Origin: Muribaculaceae bacterium
GTDB lineage: Bacteria > Cyanobacteriota > Vampirovibrionia > Gastranaerophilales > Gastranaerophilaceae
Direction: 5' to 3'
DNA length: 50,946 nt
NCBI GenBank assembly: GCA_023665935.1
Contig: JAMPCZ010000003.1
Location: 1 to 50,946 of the forward strand
In this document: positions 34,395 to 44,087 of the stretch, piece by piece
Layout of the letters: every line of letters begins with the position of its first letter
Numbering within the stretch: position 1 is the first letter of the stretch
Notes under the pieces: generated by a model
The model's input: the letters and a program-made list of their open reading frames with translations, nothing else
What the model was told of the DNA's origin: nothing
The model's database searches: none
Translations under genes and position numbers: made by a program

Positions 34395-35189
34395 ATGTCA
34401 AGAAAACCAATTATCGCAGGAAACTGGAAAATGAACCTTCTTCAAAGTGAAGCAAAATCACTATATGAAGGAATCAAATCATTTGTATCAAATTACAGCG
34501 CAACTCAATTACCAACAGTAGTAATCGCACCTGTATTTACATCATTGAACCAAGTATCTTCAATCGCTTGTGATTGCGGATGCGAAGGCTGGAGATTATC
34601 TGTAGCAGGACAAAATTGCCACTGGGAATCATCAGGTGCTTACACCGGTGAAATTTCAGTAGAAATGCTTAAGGATGCAGGCTGCTCATATGTTATTATC
34701 GGTCACTCAGAAAGAAGACAATATTTCTCTGAATCCGATGAAATGATTAACAAAAAAGCAAAAGCTATCTTAGCCGGCGGTTTAATCCCGATTATTTGCT
34801 GTGGTGAATCTTTAGAACAAAGAGAATCAGGCGTTACTGATTCTTGGATTGCATCTCAAATCAGAGCTGCATTAGCAGGAATTTCATCTGAAGATGTTGC
34901 AAAATCTGTTATTGCATACGAACCAATTTGGGCTATCGGCACAGGCAAATCTTGTGATTCTGAAGAAGCAAACAGAGTAATCAAAATGATTAGAGGCGTT
35001 GTTTCAGAAGTTGCAGGTGCATCTGCTGCTGATTCTATTAGAATTCTATACGGCGGTTCAGTAAAACCTTCTACAATTGAAGAACAAATGTCAAAATCAG
35101 ACATTGACGGTGCTTTAATTGGCGGAGCTTCATTGAAAGCAGAAAGCTTCAACGAAATTATTGAAAAAACAATGAAAGTTGCTGTATAA
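34395..35189 (+). CDS. tpiA: triosephosphate isomerase
   Basis: IIAGNWKMN, IIGHSERR, AYEPIWAIGTG, YGGSVKP. Confidence 0.95.
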   Translation: MSRKPIIAGNWKMNLLQSEAKSLYEGIKSFVSNYSATQLPTVVIAPVFTSLNQVSSIACDCGCEGWRLSVAGQNCHWESSGAYTGEISVEMLKDAGCSYVIIGHSERRQYFSESDEMINKKAKAILAGGLIPIICCGESLEQRESGVTDSWIASQIRAALAGISSEDVAKSVIAYEPIWAIGTGKSCDSEEANRVIKMIRGVVSEVAGASAADSIRILYGGSVKPSTIEEQMSKSDIDGALIGGASLKAESFNEIIEKTMKVAV

Positions 35190-35212
35190 GAAATAAATTT
35201 GATTGACAGTCG

Positions 35213-35245
35213 AAAGGCGCACCCGTAAACGGGTGCGCCTTTTTG
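35213..35245 (+). terminator. rho-independent terminator of tpiA
   Basis: GGCGCACCC-GTAAAC-GGGTGCGCC (9-bp GC-rich stem, 35216-35239) followed by TTTTT. Confidence 0.8.
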
Positions 35246-35266
35246 CAGCTGTTTCCGATATAAAAA

Positions 35267-35290
35267 AGAACTCTTAATCTTAAGAGTTCT
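35267..35290 (-). terminator. rho-independent terminator of the murA / small-ORF operon
   Basis: AGAACTCTTAA..TTAAGAGTTCT palindrome. On the minus strand it is followed by CTTTTTTAT. Confidence 0.6.
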
Positions 35291-35317
35291 TTCTACTTTT
35301 CCACATTTTACCTACTA

Positions 35318-35656
35318 CTATATTTGAACATTTTTGCTTTCGTACTCAATACCCATTTCTTTAAGTGTTTTAATAAAGTTTTGGGCGCAAATTCTTTGAG
35401 CTTCAGGCGGTACGATTCTCAGAATTTCAACTGTTCTTGAAATTACCGGGTCTTTATCGTACCAGCGGTTATTTGCATTAACCGGTTTTACCATCGCATA
35501 AAATTTATCAATTGTTTCTTTAGATACTTTTTCTTCGATTTTTTGCAGAAAAATCTCTGCTTGAGCTCTTAATTCGGTTTGATAATTTCTTAAAAGCTCA
35601 ATAACTTCCAGTAATAATGGGTCATGATCATACCATCTTTTATAAGTAGGACTCAT
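35318..35656 (-). CDS. hypothetical protein (112 aa) with internal RWYD-x-DP repeat
   Basis: RWYDHDPLLLEVIELLR (aa 7-23) and RWYDKDPVISRTVEILR (aa 64-80). Its start overlaps the murA 3' end by 17 nt. Confidence 0.55.
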   Translation of the reverse strand: MSPTYKRWYDHDPLLLEVIELLRNYQTELRAQAEIFLQKIEEKVSKETIDKFYAMVKPVNANNRWYDKDPVISRTVEILRIVPPEAQRICAQNFIKTLKEMGIEYESKNVQI

Positions 35657-36959
35657 TATGCGTACCCTCCGTTAGGTTAACTTGGGAATCATCGTTTCTA
35701 CGCTCAATCTTCCCTCCTAACAATCTTATCTTACTTTCAAAATTTTCGTATCCTCTATCTATATGATGTAGTTTTTCCACAACGGAATTACCGTCAGCCA
35801 TCAGTGCTGCAACAACCAGGGAGGCACCTGCACGCAAATCGCTTGCCGTAAGTGTTGCGCCTGAAAGTTTTTTAACCCCTTTAATTATTGCGTGGTTTCT
35901 GTCTTGGTGAATATCAGCTCCCATTCTGTTTAGGTCTGGAACCTGCATAAATCTGTTTTCATAAAGACTTTCCGTGATAATACCGACCCCGTTTGCCGTT
36001 GTCAAAAGTGTCATCGCCATTGATTGCAAATCTGTCGGGAATCCCGGGTACGGCTGGGTTACAAAGTTAATCGAATTAAGTCTGTTTTTACAGCTTACTT
36101 CCATTGATGTCGGGTCTAAAAGCTTGATATTAGCACCCATTTTTAATAATTTATCCGTAAAGAATGTCAAATGTGCAGGATAAATATTTTTTATAATACC
36201 TTTACCTTTGGTCGCAATAATTGCAGTCATGTAGGTTCCGGCTTCAATTCTGTCAGGAATTGTTGTGTATTCAATTGGATGAAGGTCAGCTTGTTTGACT
36301 CCGTTGATAATAATTTCAGAAGTTCCAGCTCCAGTAATATCAGCCCCCATTGCATTTAAGAAGTTTGCAAGGTCAACGATTTCAGGTTCTTGAGCTGCGT
36401 TTTGGATGCGTGAAGAACCTTCTGCAAGGACTGATGCAAGCATAATATTCTCTGTTGCACCAACTGACGGAATATCAAGGTATACATCAGAACCGATAAG
36501 TTTATTTGCTTTAGCATGGACATATCCATTTTCGATTTTGATTTTTGCGCCTAAAGCTTCAAGTCCGCGGATGTGGAAGTCTACACGCCTTTCTCCGATA
36601 GCACATCCCCCCGGAAGTGCTACGCGTGCTTCCTTACAGCGGGAAACCAATGCACCCAAAACAATAAATGATGCTCTCATCTTACTTACCAATTCGTAAC
36701 TTGCGGTTACGTTTGTAATATCTGTAGCATCAATCGTTAAGGATTTTTCTTCTCTGTTATAATTTGTTTTTGCACCCAGTTGAGCAATTACGCTAAGCAT
36801 AATTTCAACGTCTGTCAAGTCAGGTACATTGTATATTTTTGACTCGCCTTTTGCGAGAATCGCCGCAGCCATAAGCTTTAGAACCGAATTCTTAGCTCCG
36901 CCTATAGATACTTCACCTTTTAGCGGGGTGCCGCCTTTTATATAAAATCTTTCTACCAA
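35640..36959 (-). CDS. murA: UDP-N-acetylglucosamine 1-carboxyvinyltransferase
   Basis: GGAKNSVLKLMAAAILA, active-site Cys loop LPGGCAIGERRVDFH, FPTDLQ, DRGYENFESKIRLLGGKI. Confidence 0.95.
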   Translation of the reverse strand: MVERFYIKGGTPLKGEVSIGGAKNSVLKLMAAAILAKGESKIYNVPDLTDVEIMLSVIAQLGAKTNYNREEKSLTIDATDITNVTASYELVSKMRASFIVLGALVSRCKEARVALPGGCAIGERRVDFHIRGLEALGAKIKIENGYVHAKANKLIGSDVYLDIPSVGATENIMLASVLAEGSSRIQNAAQEPEIVDLANFLNAMGADITGAGTSEIIINGVKQADLHPIEYTTIPDRIEAGTYMTAIIATKGKGIIKNIYPAHLTFFTDKLLKMGANIKLLDPTSMEVSCKNRLNSINFVTQPYPGFPTDLQSMAMTLLTTANGVGIITESLYENRFMQVPDLNRMGADIHQDRNHAIIKGVKKLSGATLTASDLRAGASLVVAALMADGNSVVEKLHHIDRGYENFESKIRLLGGKIERRNDDSQVNLTEGTHNESYL

Positions 36960-37076
36960 CTTAGCCTCCGAAAGAAAATCTCATCATACTCTACTATACA
37001 TCATAATACAATCTTAAAAGTTTGATGTAAATAAATTAAATTATGTAAAGATTGTATATACTTGGGAATAAATTTT

Positions 37077-37205
37077 GTCATTCTGAAGGAGTTTACGATA
37101 GAAGTATAACAATAATCAATCCCCTCCCCTAGAGTGAGGGGAAGTAAAGGGGAGGGGGTCAAAGTTGAGCAAGTAATATATCCTTGTGAGCGAAGCGAAG
37201 AATCT
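37077..37205. repeat. repeat cluster (degenerate A, C plus conserved tail, A fragment)
   Basis: GTCATTCTGAAGG.. (37077-). CCCCTCCCCTAGAGTGAGGGGAAGTAAAGGGGAGGGGG (37121-37158) followed by TCAAAGTTGAGCAAGTAATATA, which resembles the tail seen at 21495 and 31687. GTGAGCGAAGCGAAGAATCT (37186-37205). Confidence 0.7.
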
Positions 37206-37283
37206 GAAATTTCTTACAGAACCTTTTAATAATTAGTTTATATGTATGACAAATTCTTATGATTTATTTCATATAATAAAAAA

Positions 37284-37970
37284 ATGGATAAAAAGCCTTT
37301 AGATGAAAAATATGTTGATTTTATTCAGAGTTTGATTGACCAGGTGACACCGCTTTTACCGCCTGATGTGAATGAACTTCAAAAGAGTTATTTGTGTACG
37401 AACATGAAAAAATCCGCTACAATGCTTGCTGAATCCATGCAGGATACAGAAGAGTTCAGCGCACTGTCGTTTGAGCAGCAATGTTTTTATATTCAGATAA
37501 TGGCTGAATGGTCTTTTCATAAAGAGATTGACTTGTTTCGTTCCGGAATTTCTGCAAAGTATTGGAAAATAGTTATGCAGAAGATTTGGTATGCAATGTG
37601 GGAAGTTATGTATGCTTGTGTAAAAAATGATGCTCCTGATAATGTAGTGTTGTCGCTTGTCGAACGATTTGTGGCAAGAACTTATACCGATGCTGTAGAA
37701 GAATTGAAATCAAGCGAATTAATTAATGATGAGGTTGAGGAAAAAGCAAAAGAGCAATCTAATATAGATAAAATGGCTAAAGAGATAAAAGCTGAAAATG
37801 AAGTTAATGAACGAATCGAATGGGTTAAAATATGGATTTTAAGGCTTCTTTTCGGAATACTTATAGGGTATGTGGTGACGTGGACAATTCTGAAATTCAA
37901 ACTTATTGGCTTGTGCGTAATTATTTCATTGCTGGTTTATTATAATCTCAGACCTGTGAAACGGGGATAA
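37284..37970 (+). CDS. hypothetical protein (228 aa) with C-terminal TM helices
   Basis: ORF with C-terminal hydrophobic segments WILRLLFGILIGYVVTWTIL and IGLCVIISLLVYY. No family recognised. Confidence 0.45.
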   Translation: MDKKPLDEKYVDFIQSLIDQVTPLLPPDVNELQKSYLCTNMKKSATMLAESMQDTEEFSALSFEQQCFYIQIMAEWSFHKEIDLFRSGISAKYWKIVMQKIWYAMWEVMYACVKNDAPDNVVLSLVERFVARTYTDAVEELKSSELINDEVEEKAKEQSNIDKMAKEIKAENEVNERIEWVKIWILRLLFGILIGYVVTWTILKFKLIGLCVIISLLVYYNLRPVKRG

Positions 37971-38039
37971 TGCGAGTGGTAAAGCAAGGATTGCTAATAT
38001 TATGAGATTCTTCGGTCGCAATCGCTTCCTTGGAATGAC
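37971..38039. repeat. degenerate B-like fragment plus family A right half
   Basis: TGCGAGTGGTAAAGCAAGGATTGC, then GAGATTCTTCGGTCGCAATCGCTTCCTTGGAATGAC (38004-38039). Confidence 0.65.
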
Positions 38040-38128
38040 CATCAACTTCCTATTACCTTATCAACTTATTAACTTATTAACTTTTCCTTCTCTTTTGTAA
38101 TCCAAAAATATGAAATATTATCAAAAAT

Positions 38129-38157
38129 TTCACCAAAAGTTTTGTTGATGTTACAAT
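38129..38157 (+). promoter_or_regulatory. candidate promoter immediately upstream of dnaG (possible leaderless or very short-leader transcript)
   Basis: TTCACC (38129-38134), 17-nt spacer containing an extended-10-like TG, TACAAT (38152-38157). The ATG at 38164 is only 6 nt downstream and has no SD. Confidence 0.35.
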
Positions 38158-38163
38158 TTTATT

Positions 38164-40053
38164 ATGGCTGAAACGTGGGATGAATTAATACAACAAATAA
38201 AAGAACGTTTGGATATCGTTGATGTAGTATCCGAATATGTTGTGTTGAAGAAAAAAGGAAATAATTATTGGGGACTTTGTCCGTTCCATAAAGATAAAAA
38301 TCCGTCATTTTGTGTAACTCCGCATTTGGGTATTTATAAATGTTTCAGCTGCGGAGAAGCCGGTGATGCTTTGAAGTTTATTATGAAAATCCGTAATCTT
38401 GATTTTAGGGATGTAATAACTGATTTGGCGGAAAGATTCGGGTTAGAGGTTCCGAAATCACACAAAACCGGCGGTACTTCTTCAAGAGAATTGAAAGAGC
38501 AAATGCTTGCGGCAACAATGGTTGCGGCTGAGTTTTATCATGATTTGCTGATTAGACAAAAAGATTCTAATGCGGAAATTGCGTTGAAATATTTGACAAA
38601 ACGCGGTATTGGTTCCGATATTATTAAAAAATTCCATATCGGGATTGCTCCAAAAGCGTACAGTGTTTTGTATGACGAGTTAAGAAAAGATTTTTCAAAT
38701 GAAGTTTTGGAAAAAGCGGGACTTGTTATAAAAAGTGAAAAAGGCGGATATATCGACAGGTTTCGTAATCGTGTAATTATACCGATTCAGAATGAGAATG
38801 GTGAATTTGTTGCGTTTGGTGCGCGAGCTTTGGAAAAAGACCAAACTCCGAAATATTTGAATTCATCCGATTCTTTAATCTATAATAAAAGCCGCTTGTT
38901 ATACGGGCTTTACAGTGCAAAAGATTCCATACGTGAAAACGATTCGGTTATCTTGATGGAAGGATATTTTGATGTAATTTCTTCCCAGGCGCACGGGATA
39001 GAAAACAGCGTTGCATCTTGCGGAACTTCATTAACTGCGGATCACGTTAAATTACTTTCACGTTATACAAAATCACGACGAATTTATTTATCTTTCGATA
39101 CTGATACAGCGGGGCAGAAAGCGACTGCGCGCGGTGCAGAGATTATCAAGGATGTTTTTGCGGGGTTAGGTGATATAAAACAGTTTGATGAAAGCTATGT
39201 GTCATCCGATAAAGATAAATATGCCTGTGAAATTCGAGTAATTGCGCCGCCTGAAGGAAAAGACCCGGATGAATTTGTGCGTTCGGTCGGCGCGGATGCT
39301 TACAAGATGTATATGGAGAATGCTCCTCTGTTTATTGATTTTCAGCTTAACAGTATTCTGAAAACAAAAGACAGCTATTCAACTCCGCAAGAAAAAGCTC
39401 AATTTATCAAACAGATTATTCCGGTTTTAGCGGAGATAAAGAACAGAATAATCCGTTCTGAATACATAGATATGGTCGCACAGACAGTAGGAGTGAATGC
39501 AGAGGCAATTCGTGCGGAAATGCGTGTTTTTGAACGTGCAAATCTTCCACAGACAGAAAGAATTGTTAAGAATGTAACAAAAACGGATTCAGTTTTAAAA
39601 AAAGCGCAAAAAAATTTATTGAGTGTTTTTTTAGTAGCCGACAGCCCTTGTACATTTACTCAGATAAATGAAATAATCGGTGACACAGAATTTGACGACG
39701 AAATATTAATAAATGTAAAATCTACAATTGACAAATTAATATATACCGTAAATAATGTGAAAGAATTAATAGAACATTTATATACCGAATTCGTTGAAAG
39801 TCCTGAATTACAAGCAGTATTGCAGGAGTTGATAGGATTATCGGAAGTGTATAGAGGTCTGAGCGACGAAGATTTTGTAAATGTAATCTTGGAAACGATT
39901 GCAAAAATTAATCATTGCCGCAAGGTGGAGGAAGTCCGCAAAACTAAGCAGCTATACAGAGGAATCAGCGATGATGACCCTCAAGCCCTAAAAATTCAAA
40001 TACAACTAAGAGATAAAATAAAGAAAAACAGACAAAAATCGGAGAAAATTTAG
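38164..40053 (+). CDS. dnaG: DNA primase
   Basis: Zinc ribbon CPFHKDKNPSFCVTPHLGIYKCFSCGEAGD, RNA-polymerase core FRNRVIIPI, TOPRIM VILMEGYFDVI and LSFDTDTAGQKA. Confidence 0.9.
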   Translation: MAETWDELIQQIKERLDIVDVVSEYVVLKKKGNNYWGLCPFHKDKNPSFCVTPHLGIYKCFSCGEAGDALKFIMKIRNLDFRDVITDLAERFGLEVPKSHKTGGTSSRELKEQMLAATMVAAEFYHDLLIRQKDSNAEIALKYLTKRGIGSDIIKKFHIGIAPKAYSVLYDELRKDFSNEVLEKAGLVIKSEKGGYIDRFRNRVIIPIQNENGEFVAFGARALEKDQTPKYLNSSDSLIYNKSRLLYGLYSAKDSIRENDSVILMEGYFDVISSQAHGIENSVASCGTSLTADHVKLLSRYTKSRRIYLSFDTDTAGQKATARGAEIIKDVFAGLGDIKQFDESYVSSDKDKYACEIRVIAPPEGKDPDEFVRSVGADAYKMYMENAPLFIDFQLNSILKTKDSYSTPQEKAQFIKQIIPVLAEIKNRIIRSEYIDMVAQTVGVNAEAIRAEMRVFERANLPQTERIVKNVTKTDSVLKKAQKNLLSVFLVADSPCTFTQINEIIGDTEFDDEILINVKSTIDKLIYTVNNVKELIEHLYTEFVESPELQAVLQELIGLSEVYRGLSDEDFVNVILETIAKINHCRKVEEVRKTKQLYRGISDDDPQALKIQIQLRDKIKKNRQKSEKI

Positions 40054-41145
40054 ATGACAAAGAAAAGACAAAGTTCTTCAATAGTCAGTGTAATGGAAGA
40101 TGAAACACTTGATTTACAAGACATTAGCGAAGATTCAGTTCTTGAATCTGAACATGATATGAATTATATGAACGTAGATATTTCTACAGATAATATCGAA
40201 GATATTGTAACTTCAAAAATGGGCGACAAAGTGAATTCTGAAGATATTTTTATGCTTCATAATGTTGAAGAAGTTGACCCGTCTGATATGGAAATTCCTA
40301 AAAATATTGCAATTGATGACCCTGTAAGACTTTATTTGCGTGAAATCGGGAGAATCAAACTTTTATCTGCTAACGAAGAAATTGAACTTGCAAGAAAAAT
40401 CTTAGAAGGCGGCACACCTGGTGCTATTGCGAAAAGAAAACTTGTTCAAGCAAACCTTCGTTTGGTTGTAAGTATTGCCAAAAAATATGTCGGACGCGGA
40501 ATGTTGTTCTTAGACTTGATTCAGGAAGGTAACTTAGGTCTAATCAGAGCAGCTGAAAAATTTGACCACGAAAGAGGTTTCAAATTCTCAACATATGCAA
40601 CTTGGTGGATTAGACAAGCAATTACCCGTGCAATTGCAGATCAAGCCAGAACAATCAGAATTCCTGTCCATATGGTTGAAACAATTAACAAATTGAAAAA
40701 AGTTACAAGAAAACTTGCTCAAGACTTGTCAAGAAAACCTACCGAAGACGAATTAGCAGCCGAAATGAATGTTTCTATTCCGAAACTTCGTGAAATCATT
40801 AAAATAGCTCAAGAACCGCTTTCTTTAGAAACTCCGATTGGTAAAGAAGAAGATTCTCGTTTGGGCGATTTTATTGAAGATAAAGAAGCTGATGCGCCGG
40901 TTAAAATGGTTGCTTCTGAACTTTTGAAAGAAGATCTTGCTGAGGTTCTCTGCACACTATCACCAAGAGAACGTGATGTATTAAGATTACGTTTTGGTAT
41001 GGATGACGGACGCCAAAGAACATTGGAGGAAGTTGGACAATTGTTCGGGGTTACTCGTGAACGTATCAGACAAATCGAAGCAAAAGCTCTAAGAAAATTA
41101 CGTCACCCAAACCGCAAAAAACGTTTAGAAGAATATGTAGAATAA
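40054..41145 (+). CDS. rpoD: RNA polymerase primary (group 1) sigma factor
   Basis: Region 1.2 [16 protein letters not shown], region 2 [53 protein letters not shown], region 4 [30 protein letters not shown]. Confidence 0.95.
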   Translation: MTKKRQSSSIVSVMEDETLDLQDISEDSVLESEHDMNYMNVDISTDNIEDIVTSKMGDKVNSEDIFMLHNVEEVDPSDMEIPKNIAIDDPVRLYLREIGRIKLLSANEEIELARKILEGGTPGAIAKRKLVQANLRLVVSIAKKYVGRGMLFLDLIQEGNLGLIRAAEKFDHERGFKFSTYATWWIRQAITRAIADQARTIRIPVHMVETINKLKKVTRKLAQDLSRKPTEDELAAEMNVSIPKLREIIKIAQEPLSLETPIGKEEDSRLGDFIEDKEADAPVKMVASELLKEDLAEVLCTLSPRERDVLRLRFGMDDGRQRTLEEVGQLFGVTRERIRQIEAKALRKLRHPNRKKRLEEYVE

Positions 41146-41150
41146 TACAA

Positions 41151-41180
41151 AAAACGACCTTGAAAAAGGTCGTTTTTTGT
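41151..41180 (+). terminator. rho-independent terminator of dnaG-rpoD
   Basis: AACGACCT-TGAAAA-AGGTCGTT followed by a TTTTTT run. Confidence 0.75.
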
Positions 41181-41233
41181 ATATGTATACGACACCATTT
41201 ATAAAAGTATGTCAATATATAGATGAGGAAAAT

Positions 41234-41449
41234 ATGGCAACAAAAGAAGATATAAAAAGTTTAATGGTTCAAGCAAATTGGACTTTGAAAGAAGTTTCAG
41301 AAGAATTAAGTAAGGTTTCCGGAAAAAATTATTCAAGTTCTAATTTGTCACAGAAACTATCAAGTGAGAATTTAAAGTATAAAGAAGCAAAATTAATTGC
41401 AAAAATCTTGGGTTATAGAATAACATTTGAAAAAGTAAGTTCAGAATGA
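41234..41449 (+). CDS. small hypothetical protein (71 aa), possible HTH
   Basis: ATG at 41234 preceded by GAGGAA. NWTLKEVSEELSKVSG..SNLSQKLS..KYKEAKLIAKILGY is HTH-like. The track's upstream extension (41177) starts inside the rpoD terminator. Confidence 0.4.
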   Translation: MATKEDIKSLMVQANWTLKEVSEELSKVSGKNYSSSNLSQKLSSENLKYKEAKLIAKILGYRITFEKVSSE

Positions 41450-41469
41450 CAAATTTTTGCCTTACATAA

Positions 41470-41943
41470 TTACTTCCCAAGCAGAATCACTGCGTTTGCT
41501 TCGATTGCAAGCTTTTGTCCTACGGCGTCCATTTTTTCTTTAGTTTTTGCTTTAATTGACAACTGGTTTGGTTCAACTTCAAGAATTTTACATAAAACTT
41601 CTTTCATTTTTGGTATATATGGCATCATTTTTGGAGCTTGAGCAATAATGTTACTGTCAATGTTTACGATATGATACCCTTTATTTTTTATAAGTTCGCA
41701 GACGTGTTTTAATAAAACCGTGCTTTCAATATTTTTGTATTTTGGGTCAGTGTCAGGGAAAAGTGTTCCGATATCGTCAAGGCAAAGTGCCCCGAGTATC
41801 GCATCAATTATTGCGTGAATCAAAACGTCTGCGTCTGAATGTCCGAGAAGTCCTTTTTCGTGTGTAATCTTGATTCCGCCTATGATTAAATCTCTGCCTT
41901 CAATAAGTTTGTGGATATCGTATCCTGTTCCGATTCTGTACAT
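41470..41943 (-). CDS. ispF: 2-C-methyl-D-erythritol 2,4-cyclodiphosphate synthase
   Basis: RIGTGYDIHKL, GHSDADVLIHAIIDAILGA, DIGTLFPDTDPKYK. Confidence 0.9.
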   Translation of the reverse strand: MYRIGTGYDIHKLIEGRDLIIGGIKITHEKGLLGHSDADVLIHAIIDAILGALCLDDIGTLFPDTDPKYKNIESTVLLKHVCELIKNKGYHIVNIDSNIIAQAPKMMPYIPKMKEVLCKILEVEPNQLSIKAKTKEKMDAVGQKLAIEANAVILLGK

Positions 41944-42011
41944 AATTTTTCAAACCTCTTTTAATTTATTATAACATATTATATAATATAATTAAATACA
42001 AAGGATTTTTG

Positions 42012-42356
42012 ATGGCAGGAAACAGCGGCGTTGTAGTAACAAGAGCAATAAGTAAACCTGAACCGGTTAGTTCCGGGGGTTACGATAGCGAATATTATGA
42101 AGGAATTTATTACTATCCGACAATTCCGCATATAGATTTAAGCGGAGCACTTGGAGCAGTTTGGATTTTTGAAGCGGTATTGTTGGCGATTACAATAATT
42201 GCAGGCGGGTTATTTATCATATTTATGCTTGTATCTATGAATAAATACCGGTGTCCGAGATGTAGAAAACCGTATTTCCTAAAAAATGAAATCCCCGAGC
42301 ATTGTACAAGATGCGGCGCGGTTCTTACGCTGTCTAAGATACAGCCTCCGAAATAA
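42012..42356 (+). CDS. hypothetical membrane protein with C-terminal zinc-ribbon (CPRC..CTRC)
   Basis: TM segment VWIFEAVLLAITIIAGGLFIIFMLV followed by CPRCRKPYFLKNEIPEHCTRCG. SD AAGGA lies 6 nt upstream of the ATG at 42012. Its 3' end overlaps the convergent HAD gene by 23 nt. Confidence 0.45.
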   Translation: MAGNSGVVVTRAISKPEPVSSGGYDSEYYEGIYYYPTIPHIDLSGALGAVWIFEAVLLAITIIAGGLFIIFMLVSMNKYRCPRCRKPYFLKNEIPEHCTRCGAVLTLSKIQPPK

Positions 42357-43137
42357 CGAATTTTTCAACTGCTTTTACAAACCCGTCGTTATCGACTGTA
42401 TCTGTAATATAGTCTGCGCATTCTTTCAATTCAGGGGTTCCGTTACCCATTGCAACTCCGATACCGCCAGCTTGAACAAGGTCAATATCATTATTTTGGT
42501 CGCCAATTGTTAAAACTTCTTCTTGTTTCAGATTCCACATTTTGCATAAAAATTCTACACCTAAGGATTTTTTCGCTTCTGAACAGCCTACTTCACAGAA
42601 ATATGGTGTTGATTTCACGATATAAAGCTGCGGATATTTTTCTCTTAATTCATTTACCCAGCCTGTAACTCGGTCAGGGTCATTCAAATCTATTGCAAGA
42701 ATTTTGTTAACATTTTTTATTTCTAAATCATCAAATGAACATACTGTGTAATCAATGAATTTCCCGTCGGTGTAATTTCTTACTATATCGTTGTCGTTTT
42801 CAACATAGAGTTTATCATCGAGGTAAAGATTTATGTGGATATTATTTTTTCTTGCCCAGGATATAATCTCTTTTGCGTAGTTTGAGTCGAGATTTTTTTG
42901 ATACAGCGTGTTATTGTTAACATCTTTTATTAATCCGCCCTGGTATGAAATAATCGGGGTTTCAAGTCCGAGTTCTTTTGCAACAGGTACGGTTGCACAG
43001 TGCATTCTGCCTGTGACAAGAACGACTTTGACACCTGCATTTTTTAGTTTTTTTATGCAGGCTTTCATTTTTGGAGAGAAATCCAATCCCCATTTTAAAA
43101 TAGTTCCGTCAATGTCTGTTGCAATCATTTTTATCAT
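42334..43137 (-). CDS. Cof-type HAD-IIB family hydrolase
   Basis: HAD motifs IATDIDGTIL, LVTGRM, GDQNNDIDL. About 267 aa, typical of the Cof subfamily. Confidence 0.85.
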   Translation of the reverse strand: MIKMIATDIDGTILKWGLDFSPKMKACIKKLKNAGVKVVLVTGRMHCATVPVAKELGLETPIISYQGGLIKDVNNNTLYQKNLDSNYAKEIISWARKNNIHINLYLDDKLYVENDNDIVRNYTDGKFIDYTVCSFDDLEIKNVNKILAIDLNDPDRVTGWVNELREKYPQLYIVKSTPYFCEVGCSEAKKSLGVEFLCKMWNLKQEEVLTIGDQNNDIDLVQAGGIGVAMGNGTPELKECADYITDTVDNDGFVKAVEKFVISEAVS

Positions 43138-43193
43138 AATAAATTTTCCTATTGTAATCAGATAATAACATAAATTTGTGATAAAATCATGTT

Positions 43194-44012
43194 ATGAAAG
43201 AATATGATTTTTACGTTGTACCGACACCTATAGGAAATTTGGGTGATATAACTTTAAGAGCAATTGAGGTATTAAAAACTGTTGATTTAATTGCTTGTGA
43301 AGACAGCCGTGTTACTCAAAAGTTATTAAATCATTTTGATATAAGAACAAGGTGCGTTTCTTACCACAAGTATAACGAAAGAGAGCGAATAGCTCAAATT
43401 TTGGAGGTTCTGAAAAGCGGCAAAAAGATGGCACTTGTATCAGATGCCGGAACCCCTTTAATTTGTGACCCGGGGTCGGTTATTGTTAAAGAGCTCAGCC
43501 AGAATGGTTTTTCGCTGACTGCTTTGCCTGGTGCGAATGCTGTTATAACATTTCTTTCTCAGGTTTCTCGTTCTGATGAAAAATTTTCGTTTATAGGCTT
43601 TTTACCTAAAAGTCAATCTCAGATTCAGGAAATTGCTCAAAAATATAAGTATGAGAATGTTGTTTTTTATGAATCTCCAAACAGAATTATTCAAACATTG
43701 GAAATTATTAAAACTGTCAGACCGCTGTCAAAAGTTGCTTTTGGCAGAGAATTAACGAAGGTTTTTGAAGAAGTTGTTGTTGATGAGATTGATAATGTAA
43801 TTTCTCATCTTAAAAATAACGTATCTAAGGGTGAATTTGTTTGTATGATTTTTGCGGATGAAAACACGCTGAATGAAGCTGAAATTACTGACAAGATAAA
43901 GTTATTGCAGGATAAAGGTTTTGGAGCAAAAGATATCTCCGTAATCCTATCAGAACTTTATGGTTTTAATAAAAATAAAATATATAAATTGTCCGTAAGT
44001 AAACAGATGTAA
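43194..44012 (+). CDS. rsmI: 16S rRNA (cytidine1402-2'-O)-methyltransferase
   Basis: VPTPIGNLGDITLRAIEVLKTVDLIACEDSRVTQKLL, VSDAGTPLICDPG, FYESPNRI. Confidence 0.9.
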   Translation: MKEYDFYVVPTPIGNLGDITLRAIEVLKTVDLIACEDSRVTQKLLNHFDIRTRCVSYHKYNERERIAQILEVLKSGKKMALVSDAGTPLICDPGSVIVKELSQNGFSLTALPGANAVITFLSQVSRSDEKFSFIGFLPKSQSQIQEIAQKYKYENVVFYESPNRIIQTLEIIKTVRPLSKVAFGRELTKVFEEVVVDEIDNVISHLKNNVSKGEFVCMIFADENTLNEAEITDKIKLLQDKGFGAKDISVILSELYGFNKNKIYKLSVSKQM

Positions 44013-44087
44013 AAATTTTGTACTTTTTAAATAATTTATGCTACAATTCTATTGGAGAGTAGTGAGAGTTTGTAAGGAAAGATTTTC

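Noticed and set aside
38055-38090. Short tandem repeat AACTTATT x2-3 upstream of dnaG
   Set aside because: It is only about two and a half copies of an AT-rich octamer, which is within chance expectation for this composition.
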